A DNA stretch of 62,903 nt, the filler included, from Octopus bimaculoides (taxonomy: Eukaryota), in the NCBI RefSeq assembly GCF_001194135.2. It is 5 parts of 4 records of this genome, joined end to end, with 100 filler letters (N's around TTAATTAATTAA, not from the genome) between each part and the next. Parts side by side here need not be neighbours in the genome. Positions count along the whole stretch, not along the records: positions 1 to 15,186 come from NC_068995.1; 4 more parts are not named here. One strand, written 5' to 3'. The first letter of the stretch is position 1. Each line of letters starts with the position of its first letter. The notes under the pieces were generated by a model. The model made no database searches, was not told the DNA's origin, and saw only the letters and a list, made by a program, of their open reading frames with translations. Below, in pieces: positions 1-13,753 of the stretch. Position numbers and translations under genes: made by a program.

Positions 1-482
1 TATATATATATATGTACATACGCATATATGTATGCTTGCGTGCATACGAAAGTGTGAATCTATATCTGAATATATACGCATATTTATATTTATAAATGTC
101 TAAATATATATGTATTATGTTACGTGTATGCATGCAAACACCTATGCGTATATGATGATGAGGTTGCGTACACGTATACATATATATATATATACATGTG
201 TGCGCGTGTGTGTATATGTGTATAAGTGCATGTGCGTATACATGTTTGTGTTAGTGTGTACGTATGTAGACGTTGTAAACGCAGGAGGTTTGTGTCCATG
301 CATAGTGTATTTTTCTTTTTTCTTTCTTTTTCTTTTTCTATCTATTAGAGTAACTTCCCTTTTATTCAACCCTTTTTTCATAGCGTCTTAATAGCTGACG
401 AGAATGTATCGTAACTCTTCGCTCCGACATTCGAAACTCCCAGTACTATAATGACAACCTTTTACTGTTTGTTCTAAATTAT

Positions 483-545
<63 letters not shown>

Positions 546-809
546 AAGAAAGGTGGAGAGTTTGTTCGTTAAATACTTTAGTTGCGTCATCTTGCAAGTG
601 TTTCATTAATTATAATATTAGTTTTATTAGGTAAATTTTTTTATACGCGGATTACATTAGTAAATTTCAGAAGCTGCAGTACTTAACATTGTCCCATGCT
701 GTTCAAACTCACTACGTGGTACCTTGTGTTAGTGTCTTCCACTAGTGTTTTCCAGCTGACTAATGACTTGTAATTGGATGTGGTAGATTGAAACTGAAGA
801 AAGCTCGTC

Positions 810-840
<31 letters not shown>

Positions 841-844
<4 letters not shown>

Positions 845-1254
845 AGGGTGAGTCAAGAAGTAATGCCATTTTGTTTAGGACAGGTATAATTGCCAACACA
901 GGAACATTTAACATACATAAAAAAGAGCTGGTCCTCTCTCACTGTTTCTCTCAATAGCAATGTTCCACCTTCGAATGAGAGCACGTATCCCTGACTCGTA
1001 AAATTCTGTTCACTGTTCCTTGAGACACTTCTTCACTACTGTTTTCACTTACTCGTCACTGGAACTATCATCTCTTCGGCTCCATGAAAGAGGGTTTGAG
1101 AAGCAAGCATTATTCCAGTGACGAGGAAGTGAAAACTGTATTGAAGAAGTGGCTCAAAGAACAATCAACAGAATTTTACGGGGCAGGGATACGTGCTCTC
1201 ATTCGAAGGTTGAATATTGCTATTGAGGGAAACGGTGACTATGTTGAGTAGTAG
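841..1254 (+). mobile_element. Mariner (Tc1/mariner) transposase 3' remnant in a fold-back arrangement
   Basis: 1066-1254 translates to YHLFGSMKEGLRSKHYSSDEEVKTVLKKWLKEQSTEFYGAGIRALIRRLNIAIEGNGDYVE**, the typical mariner C-terminus after the DYHLF motif. About 938-1064 is the reverse complement of about 1113-1238. The element starts with TA-caagggtgagtcaagaagt directly after a (TA)n run. Confidence 0.85.
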
Positions 1255-1319
1255 GAATTACTTGACAACCGGTTATGTTTGATGGGTTTCTGTGCCCATA
1301 ACTTACAAGTTTGGCTAAA

Positions 1320-1432
1320 GTGACCGATAGAATGAAAACTGTGCTTAAAGCTTCGTTAGACTAAAATTCTTCAAGACGGTGCTCCAGTATGCCCTCAGTC
1401 TAATGACTGAAACAAGTAAAAGATAAATGACA
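1320..1432 (+). mobile_element. SINE 3' tail remnant
   Basis: ggtgctccagtatgccctcagtctaatgactgaaacaagtaaaaga resembles the reverse complement of the repeat at 53725-53790. Confidence 0.5.
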
Positions 1433-2959
1433 AAATTTCTAGTTTTGCGTTTTCTGATTCTATTCTCTCATATTATGAAATATGAGGACCTGTAAAACGA
1501 AATTGGATAATGATACAGGAATTCTCTTCGCACTTTTCTCTTTCAATTTGTAAAGTCTTTGCATGCAGTTTTAAATATTGGCTACAAACCATGCAATTTG
1601 AATTTATCCCTCTCTCACTCCATACAAACATACACTCACACACATATGTGTGTGTGTGAGTGCGTGAGAGATTGAAGATGGAGGTTACTTATGGTAGTGT
1701 CTTTCTAGCACTACAAATTTGCGGTAAGAAGTTCAGCACAGTAATGCCTAAGATTTGATATATTTTATCTCAGTGCATTAGTTGATTTGGTAAGGGTTTT
1801 GGATAAGAAGAGTCCGGGATTTCAACATAAAGATCTGGAAGAAATACCTCGCAGCATCCAGAGATTTGTGGTCTGATTTCAAAACTTGTTGCCCTCCCGA
1901 ACTTGATAAAATCTTGAACAACACTATTGCTGGAGTTGACCTAATCAACTATCCAGTTTATAACCTTGAACTTATGTTAGAAATGATAAAATTGTTGTCA
2001 AAGAATTTCAACATGGTATTATTGTACAGTTTCTCTCGTATACAGCTTTAATTTTTCTGTGTTTGTAATTGGGTTAGCTTACGAATTTCAATTAGCTTTA
2101 ACTTTTTTCAGCATAAAGGAAGTTAAATGAATACCAACGAAAAGCGAAACTAAGTTACAGATTCATCATTACAGTTGTACACGTTAAGCTGTCTACAAAA
2201 TAAGTGTCACATTTAAGAATTAGGTTACTGGGATTTAAAGTACTTCTAGCTCTTGATGTGCTGAATATCACCGAGTTTCTAATTCGGTCATAGATGCATA
2301 ATAAAAATACTCTTTCGTAGAATTAGATATAGTGAGAAATGATGAAGAGAGGAACGAAGATATTCTATAATGTTAAGAAGTATCCCTCGTCGGAATGCAA
2401 CACCCAAACTAAATAGCTGATTAGTCCCAGATGTGCACGCAAAGTTACTTTCTTGCGTTCAAAGACACTTCGAGTAAGAGAAAGTGTGAGTGGAAAATCA
2501 CACACACACTGCTTTTCGCTAATATTTCTTCTCGTAGCCAAACGATTTCTGGGCTGTAACGTGATATTCTATAATAATGACTGTTCTTGTGATTCCGTAA
2601 GACTGATGGAAGGAATTTTAACTTCCAAATATTTTCGAATAAAATCAGTAAAGTGCAAACAAAAGTTCAAGCAATTTGTTTTTAAACTTCACGTTTTTAC
2701 ATTTTGGGGAAATGTATCTACATTTCACTTGTTTTAAAGTATAGTCACTTGTAAAGAAACTAATATCTATACATGGGAAATTCTAGTAGAATGTAGTTTA
2801 AGATATTCTACGTTTGTCGTTTAGTAGATGGTGTGAGCAGAGAACTAAGCTGATAAGGGAATGAACGTCAGCATTTCTCTTAAAATCTTATGCATTATGT
2901 TTAAGTATAAGCATTAAATCCAAATCAAAATGGTTAAAATGTTGTTAAACTTGGCTTGG

Positions 2960-4560
2960 AGCTCTGGTTTCTTACAATGTTTCGTATACTTCAATGATCT
3001 TTGGGACATTCACTAACAGTGCCCGGTTCCTGTCCTGTTGCAAAGAGGGTAGTTAGGGGTCACCTAACTAATTGTATCAAGACTTCAATCAAAATTTTTG
3101 CCGCCAAAATTCACGGGGAAATTATTGCAGTGAATAACATATTTTCTAAAACTATAACTAAGGTAGAATTTGAACTGCAAGATAACTGCCCACTTATCAC
3201 TCTTATTTTAGAATTGTTTGTTACAGAAGACAGTTCTATTAACTTTTGGTAACAGATAGACTGTATCGTTGAATTCATTAGTTCATCATTTACAACGTAA
3301 ATAACATAATTACATGTTGGCTAAAGATTCAGCACATTATGGACTCAACAACTTATGTATAGACATAGCATATTAATTGAATAAGTTCATCTATTTCACT
3401 GTCATTATAAAAACAGGCCAAGTATAATACTTGTAATAACGTACCTGAAAAAGGCCATATGATCAGTTTTCAGTTCCTTTTAATATACATATAGGTAAAA
3501 GCTAGACGCTTAGTGAGAAAGAATCAATCGTGACATAGATATGCCTTTCAAAATAAATAGCATCCTGAAGGAAATCGGTCACAAAGTCAGATTACAAACA
3601 ACCACTAACTTTTGATTATATAGCAATATATATGTTCGTTATTTGAAGAAAGTTAACAGGAAACAAATCATTCGCGCCTGAATCTGATTACGACTTGTCG
3701 AATCCAGAAGGAATGTAGTTTCCCTGATACATATAGTATTATTACTGTGGATATCAAGCATTAATTCCTCCATATATCCAAAGGCCAAATTTAAACGGAT
3801 TATTAAGAGCCAAAAACATCTTTAAATGAATGGAGACAGCTTGAAGAATCGATAATCAAGAATTTGATATCTACTTTTATTCTCTATTAATCCCAAATCT
3901 TCTACAAGACGTTTTTACTACATAACTTCATACAAACAATCTACTATACAATTTCATAAAAATAATCCGAGAGGCTGAAATGATCCATCGTTCAGTGAAT
4001 CCTGTTACTAGAACAAAACAGGCATTAGTTCATCATTTACAACGTAAATAACATATTACATGTTGGCTAAAGATTCAGCACATTATGGACTCAACAACTT
4101 ATGTATAGACATAGCATATTAATTGAATAAATTCATCTATTTTACTGTCATTATAAAAACAGGCCAAGTATAATACTTGTAATAACGTACCTGAAAAAGG
4201 CCAAATTTGAATTTCGAAAGCAAATTGTACAAAGACACACAGGACCTTTCACAACAATAAATGAAAATAAAGCCTGTATAAAATTTGTAGCTCGACAAAT
4301 TCTATATATCTAATATAAAGGCTTGTGTAAATCATTAAATGGTTTCCTTAATCTAACTAGAAACGAAAATTGCAGTTAACCGAAAATATAATTGTGCATA
4401 CAGATTGCATGGAAGAATAATTTCCATTCCTTAAATCTAGCATACCCACGGAATAAAGAAAATATCTGAAACCATCCCATTTCATTAACTTTGAGGCAAT
4501 ATACAGTGCTAATTCCACCCGTCTACTTCTCGATGAATGGACAGGCATCACTGTGTTCAG
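2960..4560. mobile_element. Decayed Penelope-like (PLE) reverse transcriptase fragments in both orientations
   Basis: Minus strand near 3200-3265 reads TVYLLPKVNR...RVISG (cf. YLLPKIHK..RPIISG). Plus strand has VDIKH near 3750 (cf. DIKSLYTNIP) and MEE*FPFL near 4410 (cf. FTMEEE..LPFLD). Many stops and frameshifts. Confidence 0.35.
3276..4203 (+). repeat. Pair of about 182-bp direct repeats (3276-3457 and 4023-4203)
   Basis: Copies run cattagttcatc...gaaaaaggcca. I see one 1-nt indel and two substitutions between them. Spacing is 747 bp. Confidence 0.95.
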
Positions 4561-4699
4561 AATGTGTTTCGGTTGTTGTGGTTCTTGATTAGATCTCACT
4601 GCCCAATATATTGGGCTGATCTCCCTTCTTTCTACTATAGCCACGAGTTGACATTGTGTGTGAATTTTGGTAGGAAGATATTGTAGAAACCAACCGTAT

Positions 4700-4713
4700 A
4701 TGATATATATATA

Positions 4714-4751
<38 letters not shown>

Positions 4752-4850
4752 CGGGCGAGTACATTACTTGTATACGTGCACGTGTTTATATATGTGCTTA
4801 TATGACTATATGTGTGTGTGTCTGTGTGTGTCTGTGTGTATGTGTGTGTG
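4700..4850. repeat. (TA)/(GT)n compound microsatellite
   Basis: Directly visible. It is one of dozens of such tracts (e.g. 486-541, 810-841, 12885-13075, 22910-23252, 29805-29930, 44270-44390). Confidence 0.95.
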
Positions 4851-5039
4851 CGCCCAAGCATTCGCGTATTTACATATGTATATCTTTTTTGCTTCCGACA
4901 GTTCTTCGCTGTCGAGGATACTTACAAGGTCTCTAAAACGCTGGAGGTCATGTTCTACTGAGTTTAACTAGCGTGGAGGAAATCGAGATTTCGATCTCTA
5001 TATTATTTGGTTGTTAAAACTCCTGTGTTTATGACAGGT

Positions 5040-7800
5040 GTATTAGAGCAAGAAGTCCAATGCTTTTCTTTTATTCTTAAAAGAATATGTGATTATTTAT
5101 TCTAAATTTAAATTTAGATATATTAGCACCAATAATATATTTTATTTCGTGTCCTAACTTATTAATTATATCCTATAGTGGTCCTAAAACATAGGTTGTT
5201 GAGAGGGCACTTATCAAGACTCCTACTGTTTCATTGACTACAGTCAATGCTAAGATTAGTGTAAAATTTTGAATGTTCCATAACTTAAATATTCTTTTAA
5301 CTGATACTAGACATCAGTCTTTTATTGATATTAGCCAAACAAGTTAAATTTAAAATTTGTAGTCCAATATATTTTAAATCATTATACTTTTTCTATATAA
5401 TTCTTCTCTATTGGTGTTAATAAGCTAAATATACTTTACCATAGCATTGGTAATTAAGCTATTTTATTTCTATTGTATTCTGTCCTAATTGATTATTTTA
5501 TTTCATTTATTTATTAATTAATAACTAGCCTTTATTTATTCATAAACAAATTAAGCAAATCTTTGTATCTCTATTAATTCATACTTAGCATATATAAAAC
5601 TATACTGATATATTTACTGCATATATAAAAAAACTCCTTATAATATAATTTTATTAATATATAATTAGAATGTTCTTTTACCTCAATACTCCTTTATAAA
5701 TATCAGTATATACCTATTAATCAATATTCATAGATACCATGTGATGAGTTAGTTTTTTAAGTGTACAGTATATATAATATTAAACTATTTCTGAATAATT
5801 TTCTTTTCTTTTCCTCCCGCTATTGTGGTATAGATTTGGTATATACTCAAACGTCTCCATAAATTTCTATGCTTTTGTCAATATATTCTTATTAATAACC
5901 ATATGAATAGCCATAAACTTTACCTGTATACAATATAGCGACATTGTTTTAAAACCTTTAACTATAGTACTACATGATAAGACTTCCCCTGTTTCATTAT
6001 CAATGGTCTACTAGTGGGTGACACCTTAGTTGTCAGCCAACATCTTGTTTTAAGTTTTCCTTTACCAAACCTCATGAGTTTATGACTATACCAACCATGA
6101 TTTCTGTCACCTCTACCCCTAACAAATAATGCCCTGTATTTTCTTAAGCTTTAGATATGCAAGGTTTGATATGATAATCTATAAATCTGAACTATAAAAA
6201 AAAAACAAATAATATCAGTGACAGGCAGAGTCTTCTTTGACATTTTATTTATTAGNNNNNNNNNNTAAATCTGAACTATAAAAAAAAAACAAATAATATC
6301 AGTGACAGGCAGAGTCTTCTTTGACATTTTATTTATTAGCTTCCATGGTGTGGCTAAAGCAAGATGTTTTCTATATGTCTCCCTAACTTCTGGGAGATTT
6401 TAGGTATTATCATACCAATGTGTCTATCTGTTCTAATTTAATTAAATTCTATGTCTTTGTGCAGCTGAAGATTGCTCTGTAATGATTACATTGTTCAATT
6501 AAATGGAGTTGCATGAAACGGTCGTACTGCATTACCTCTGGATATCCTTGTTACTTATTTTGATTTCAATCACCTTACTTTGAAATTGTATGGATAATAC
6601 TGTACTAAATTCTGGTGCCTAAACTTAAGTACCATATTCACCTGAATCTATATACATCTAGTAAGAGGAAAGTTATTTGCGAAGGAATAGGTATGTCTAT
6701 AAGAGAGATACCAAGGAATTGTTTATCCATTACGTAAACGTTACCTGTAATAAGTGCTTGTATTAGCAAGGAAGCAATGATATGAGAAGCTTTGGTATCC
6801 AGAAAACCCAAAACGGCAAATAAGACTATATAAATGCTACGGAAGGAGCGTAGTTAGACTCCCGCCTCGACAATAGTATGAGCGAGGTGTGCAATGCCTG
6901 TCGTGTGTGAGCATGTATATGTTAAATAAAATGAGAAAATTCATGGCAGTGTGAAATTTTCAGGACGTTTATAAAGAGAAAGTTAGTCTTACAGATGATT
7001 CAGGGAAATGAAGGATATTCCGTCATCAGAGACGATATGAGAGAGATAAATAGAGGGAAATAGTAGAGTTCAATATAAGAAGCTATTTTGGAAAGGGAGA
7101 GATGTAGAAAGTAAAAAGGAAATAAGAGAATAAAAATAAAAATATATGCTGGATTTTACAGTAGCAGTTCCGTTATACAAGTAAAGTTCCGTGTAGAATG
7201 GGTAGAAAGGCTTCTCGTCCATGCTATATAAATTACGATAGAAGTTCATATTTTGTTGAATGGATGGTACAGAGACATTAATCCCATGCGCTGTTCATTC
7301 AGAGGAGTCTTGTAGTGCGAATGAAATTTTGAGAAAGTACTGGTATGGGTAAATAGATAGAGAGAAGAGAAGAGATATGTATGTTAGGAGGAGAATGGTA
7401 TTAGTCAAAAGGAATAGGGAAAGAAAGAAAGAAAGAGGAAGTGAAAATGAAAATGGAATGGTAGATTGCAGTCAAGATACTGTGAGGGGCAGGGGAGAAG
7501 AAAGATATCGGTAGATAAATGGAATACGGGGAGGGATGGAAGGAAGTGATAAGAATGTAAGGAAGGAATGTATGAGAAGCGGGAGGAGGGGTAAATATCA
7601 TAAGATAAAGATATAATCTTTATCTTATGATATTTACTTTGTTTTATATTATACTCATTTATTGTGCTTTTAATTGTTAATTTTTCTATATATGATAGTG
7701 GATTTTCATCGATGAGTTCTTGAAACTTGGTTATTTTCCCTAAAACTATATATTTTATATATATTTTATCTATAAAGCTCAATTTAATTTTGATTTTTTA
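5040..7800 (-). mobile_element. Possible highly decayed L1/Tx1-type LINE ORF2 fragments
   Basis: Only weak motif traces: GV...CPL near 5205-5225 (cf. GVRQGCPLSP) and HPFNKI*T near 7250-7270. The purine-rich plus strand resembles the clearer fragment at 37000-38100. Confidence 0.2.
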
Positions 7801-7856
7801 TAAATTGAATTTAATTGAGTTTTTACCTGTAATTTTGGATTTTGTCCCTAATATTG

Positions 7857-7893
<37 letters not shown>

Positions 7894-8191
7894 TGCATCA
7901 TTAGACATTTGAAAAGTTAAAATAAAAAATTGAGAAGTTAAAAAATTAAGACATTCGAAAGTCAAATTAGGTTGTTGAAGATTACCTAAGGGGTGTTTGC
8001 TATATGTACTATGTGGTGATTTAGGTTGCATTCAGATCTGTGGTAAAATTTGAAGGTATGAAGAAAGCAGTGGTTGCATGTACCTAGAGCTTCATTGTAT
8101 TTATTTAGTAGTATTGAAGAGTTGTGTTTTGTTATGTGGAATTATATATATACAATACACCTCACCATTTTAACTTTTACCGTTTATATAC

Positions 8192-8627
8192 TAATGACAT
8201 CTAGGTACGTCGTATTTCGTTATGCAACCATAATAATACAATAAAATATATTAAATGTTTTTATAAGTTAACACCACGCTCTACTGCGTAAGCAGTGCTT
8301 TTTACATTATTTTGTTAAGGTTATTTCTACAGATATTCTCTAGAAATTACAGCCAGCACTGATTTCTTGCTAGAATGTTCCGTATCAAGACATTAGTTTT
8401 AAACAAACAACGAGATTTTACAACTGATATCTTGATACGAAACGTTGTAGCATAAAATCAGTGCTAGCTATAATTTGTATGGAATATCTGTAGAAATAAC
8501 CTTAACAAAATAATGTAAAAAGCACTTCTAACGCAGTAGAGCGTGGTGTTGACTTATAAAACCATTTAATATACTTTATAGTATATTATGGTTGCATAAC
8601 AAAATACCACTTACCTACAAGTGATTA
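8192..8627. mobile_element. Palindromic fold-back element (MITE-like), arms of about 200 bp
   Basis: 8192-8390 is the imperfect reverse complement of 8430-8627, with a spacer of about 39 nt. TA lies at both outer ends. A partial third arm copy is at about 8715-8800. Confidence 0.85.
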
Positions 8628-11586
8628 AAATTTACATACCAGCTCCAGAATATGGCATATACACTCATTATCCATTATTTATGTCTTTGATCTCATTGTT
8701 TATTTACATCTGGTGTCACGATACGAAACGTTGTAGCAAGAAAATCGACGCTGGTTATTTCTATAGAATATCTGTAGTAAAAACCTTAACAAAATAACAC
8801 ACACNNNNNNNNNNNNNNNNNNNNNNNNNNNNNNNNNNNNNNNNNNNNNNNNNNNNNNNNNNNNNNNNNNNNNNNNNNNNNNNNNNNNNNNNNNNNNNNN
8901 NNNNNNNNNNNNNNNNNNNNNNNNNNNNNNNNNNNNNNNNNNNNNNNNNNNNNNNNNNNNNNNNNNNNNNNNNNNNNNNNNNNNNNNNNNNNNNNNNNNN
9001 NNNNNNNNNNNNNNNNNNNNNNNNNNNNNNNNNNNNNNNNNNNNNNNNNNNNNNNNNNNNNNNNNNNNNNNNNNNNNNNNNNNNNNNNNNNNNNNNNNNN
9101 NNNNNNNNNNNNNNNNNNNNNNNNNNNNNNNNNNNNNNNNNNNNNNNNNNNNNNNNNNNNNNNNNNNNNNNNNNNNNNNNNNNNNNNNNNNNNNNNNNNN
9201 NNNNNNNNNNNNNNNNNNNNNNNNNNNNNNNNNNNNNNNNNNNNNNNNNNNNNNNNNNNNNNNNNNNNNNNNNNNNNNNNNNNNNNNNNNNNNNNNNNNN
9301 NNNNNNNNNNNNNNNNNNNNNNNNNNNNNNNNNNNNNNNNNNNNNNNNNNNNNNNNNNNNNNNNNNNNNNNNNNNNNNNNNNNNNNNNNNNNNNNNNNNN
9401 NNNNNNATATATATATATATATATACGCGTGTGAGCGAGTATGCACTTAAATACAAAACAGAGTGGAAAACATAATACTAGAATACCGAAAGTAGAATAA
9501 TATGCTTTTGTTAAAACTGCAAACCGAGCAAATGAAATGGAAAGGAAGTCCAGTACGCATCCATATATACATGCACACATACGGTACACACACGTCAGGT
9601 ACACGCGCCCACACACAGGCACACATATACACACTTATAAACACTCATATATACACATGCATATAAACCGTACAACGCTTACCATTCTTGGATGAGAATT
9701 GACTTAAATTGGTTATCAAAACGAAAACCCGTTTTACTGTAACGTATATCAAGCACACTTTCCCTCTTATAGATACAAGAGTACCAAATGTGGAGTCCAT
9801 CTAGCATAAAGGAGAAAAGTTAACTTCATCAGCCACAAAGTTATAGACTCATGAAAGTAAAAACCACTAAAATAGGCTGGATATCTATTTAATCTTTTAC
9901 TATTATCAACACGAGAAAAACATTTTTTGAATTTTTATTGAGTGTGAAATACCATTTAGCTGCAAAAAAGTAGCAATAGACTAGTTTGTTTTTTATGCTG
10001 GATCCTGTTTGTACTTTCTCCCCATATTTTGAATCTCACCACAAACTTTGTTTCTCCAACTTATCTTAAGATGATTTTTTTCCACAGACATAATATTCAG
10101 TTTGTGACAGAAATTGAAGCTTTTTTGTTAGACATAATTTTTGCAGAGTTATTAATAACTAGTACAAATATTTACTTACCAATTAAGTTATCATACTGAG
10201 ACTATTTTTTATGAATAATAATATCATTTAAAACATGAATCTTATCGCTGAAAATATTTGACAGTAGTATAAAATTGGTTTACAAACATGTATTTCTTGA
10301 TCTCAATATCTCACTGATAAGAAGTAAATTATTTAAATATATCATTCAATTACAATTTAGAATAGCATATAATTGCGATTTGGTAATTAATTACATTATT
10401 TTCTGGGTTATTATGCACACACCGAAATAGATATATGTTTTAAATACATATGAATAGATTTTTTTCTAAATTACTCTTCTACATTGCCGATTGAATAAAT
10501 CTTTATCTTTACCGCTATTTAAAAAAGCAAAAACATTAGACATTTTTATTATTTTATCCTTCAGATGTGTATCCTTGCTACTTAGTAAAACATCGTTATT
10601 ATCTAATGCTTGATTTGAAAATCTAGCTCCAAATACTTTAGACATTATGCTTATTGTAGATGTTAAACGTAGTTTGTAAAGTGCATATATTCAAATTCTT
10701 GTTAGCTTGTTTGATGCAGGGCAGCAACATATTTTAGACTCATGAGTTCTACACTTGCATAAACTAAAGAGAAATATGCAAACTTCTGATAATTCAGTCG
10801 GTTAGATATTATAAATTAATAGAATATTAAGTTGTATATTCTAATTATATATTTAGAATACTATTAACATTTGTAAATTAAGTTAAAGATTATCTACAAA
10901 ACCCCATAAATATACATACAATATTAGAAAGTTCAGCAGGGGAAAATGCATTTAGGTCAAAGAGAAGATTCAAAAGGGATGATCAGATAATTGTCGACAA
11001 AGATCAGGTGTACATTAAGCAACTGGTCAGAATACTTATAGGCTGCTGTATAGTAAAATCTTTTATAACATAAAGGAATTTCATTCCACAAACAAGGTAG
11101 AGTGATCCTTCGAATACCGAAATGTTTTACATGCATCGAAACTTATGATGTAAAGAAAACACTTTCTGCTATTTACTTGTCTTTTTCATTAACAAATTTT
11201 GATACCTCAAAGGATTCTAAATGGTGGTTTTTCACAACAGAGAGATGGCTTTATTGTTGGATATCAACACTGAACATTTTACCAACATTTCCATATATAA
11301 CAATACCCTTGTTGCATTGATTTGTGCCTTTTCTTATATCTATATAAGAAGTGGTGGGTTGAATGATACATAGTTCCGTTATAAGAGTAAGAACGGTTAC
11401 TTTTTTCACTTATATCTGTCGTAAACCTATTTGTTTCAACTGTCTAAAAATTTTTTACACCCGCTTCCTCAACACCAGAGCGATGGAAGTCAAAGCACGA
11501 CTACAAATTTAAAAATTAGAAAGTAGAAACTTGGGAAACACTGATATGCCTTATGCTCTTTTGGTTCCACCCATTTTGATTTTTTG

Positions 11587-11794
11587 GTTGTCGTTGTTGT
11601 CTATCGACAGTGCAGCTTCTTATCGTTCGCTCTCCACAAACGTTAGAGAAAATTGATATCTCATTACAGAAAGCGTATTATTAGTTGCTTTGCCTGTGTG
11701 ACGACCAGCAGCCATCAGAGCCAGTTCAGTTTCATTTTTGACTCTTTCATATGGTAGAATTTTGCTCATCAAATAACATATAAAAGGAGTTTCA
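11587..11794 (-). repeat. Left arm of a 208-bp inverted repeat (partner 13754-13960)
   Basis: Reverse complement of 13754-13960, with two substitutions and one 1-nt indel seen. Confidence 0.95.
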
Positions 11795-11949
11795 TATACG
11801 CATTCTGTGTTGTTTTGTATAAACATAGGGTAGATTTAATAAATTGTTTCATAAACTTCCTAGTCTATTAATAAAATTATTTTAGTAAAACTAACTTTCT
11901 ACTTTATTAACGCATATCAACATAAATTTTGGTATTTTAATGAAATTAA

Positions 11950-12750
11950 CATAGATAATTTGTGCCAACTGTATACTTGTTCCATAAATATATCTTACGA
12001 TAACCATCGTGTAAAATATGAACTCGGCAGTCTAATATTTCATGTACATTTAAACAACTGGTCATTATTTAAATTGTAAAGGGAATTTCAACATTAAACT
12101 AGTCAAACGTATGATTACTTTTTTAATTCTTTTACATATACTTAAATATGCAAATACATTGATACTGAGAGTAATAATAACAGATAAATCATTAAGTAAG
12201 AAAGGATTTCAGACTTCTAAGAATGTTCAATGTGTGGAAAAATGTACTTGCGACATTTATTGGGGAAATGGTTTTCTTTTTAATTTTCAGATTTAGTTGC
12301 GTGGACTGTAAAGTATTCTTCCACCATTTGCACCGTAAACACCGATTCGTTGAATTCGTAAAATGTTGATAACTTTTTCTTCTTTTTTAGTGATAACGCC
12401 GTCCATTTTATAACAAGTAATTCAATAGTCTCTAAAGTTCTATGATTAATATTTCTGAGTATTATTTTTGGCTACTGAACCCGTTTCAGTTCTTGCAGGG
12501 TTTAAAAGTATACAAGTGGGTTTATTACTAAACTAGATTTGTCATCTTTTGAAGTTATGAAAGTTTCCCTTTTAGGTAAACATTGTAATCTATCATCAAT
12601 TCTATTTCATTTAGTGAGGAATTTAACCTCATCGTTAATGTCATTATCTCTGTTAGCTTTCTTATATTTAATAAAAATAGTAGCATATAGCAACTTATCA
12701 TAGAAATCATTATTGACTTTATACAGGTTAGTTGTTTTATCAGAAAATAC
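11950..12750 (-). mobile_element. Decayed Penelope-like RT fragment
   Basis: Ordered degenerate motifs on the minus strand: GSVAKIILRNI (cf. MGSPLSPILANI), MDGVI..EEKVINIL (cf. YVDDI), FTVQ, then RKPF..VHFSTH (cf. RKPT..YLHFSS.HP). Confidence 0.4.
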
Positions 12751-13753
12751 ATACTTATTTTTAGAGTTTTAAGTTTCGAATATTATATTTTGGTTTAACT
12801 TGGAAAGGGTTATAGTATTTATGGAATTTAATATTTGCTGCTAAATCTAGATCTGCTTCAAAAGAAGCTAAATCTTTTACTTTTGACATACACACACACA
12901 CACGAACATATATACACTTGCACAGACACACACACGCATATATACATATATATGTATGCATGTATGTATGTGTAAATATGTGTGAGTGTGTGTGTGCGTT
13001 TGTGTGTATGTATGGATGTATGTATGTATGTATGTGTGTATGTATGTATGTTTGTTTGTATGTATGTATGCACACATGAATGTTTTGAAAGCAAGAGAAA
13101 TGGCAAAAGCAGTAGAGCGTACTTGGGGAAATTTTAAACTCTTCCTACAAATTCATAGACTTACCACAACGCAAGGAGTCAGTATATACTATTCATTAAT
13201 AGTTAATTGCAAGTGTAAAGAGAGAGACTTAGTGCTTTCAGCGCTTACATTCTTTTTTATGATATCTGAACAGCTGGATTGGAACTAAGACCATAACTCA
13301 CATCTTTTGGGTTAGAGAAAGATGACTTATCCCTTTTTGAACAATAGACTCCCAATCAAACCTAAGCCTAATAAAAGATACACACATTTCCTCATCGGAC
13401 GGGAGTGTTACGAGGCACTGAGTATCAGAAAAAATTGTATTGTTGTCAATACAATTACAATCTTAGATTGCCTGAGATCATTTTCCATGTAGTCACGCTA
13501 CCAGACAAAGCTTCGATTTTGAACAGTCAAATAATCAATATAAGATAATGACATTTTGAGGTCGAGAGACAAAGACAATGAATTGTAGTAAGTTGTACAT
13601 ATGCTTTCGTTCAGATTCCCAAAGATGCCAGGGCATTAATCCGAGGACGAAATCCCCTGTTTCCTCTGGAAAGAAGTTCTTCATTTTTGGTAGACAAAGG
13701 CTGTTATTTCTGTGCACCAACAGTCCATCATTTTATGAAGTTCTTTGTTTCGG

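Noticed and set aside
1810-2051. Open frame containing RDFNIK, reminiscent of the LINE endonuclease GDFN motif
   Set aside because: Single weak motif with no other endonuclease motifs in order nearby.
6182-6339. Exact 74-bp tandem duplication
   Set aside because: The copies sit on either side of a 10-N gap, the signature of overlapping contig ends left unmerged.
9960-10130. HLKISWRNKV on the minus strand, reminiscent of the RTE C-terminus
   Set aside because: One short motif only; too weak to delimit an element.
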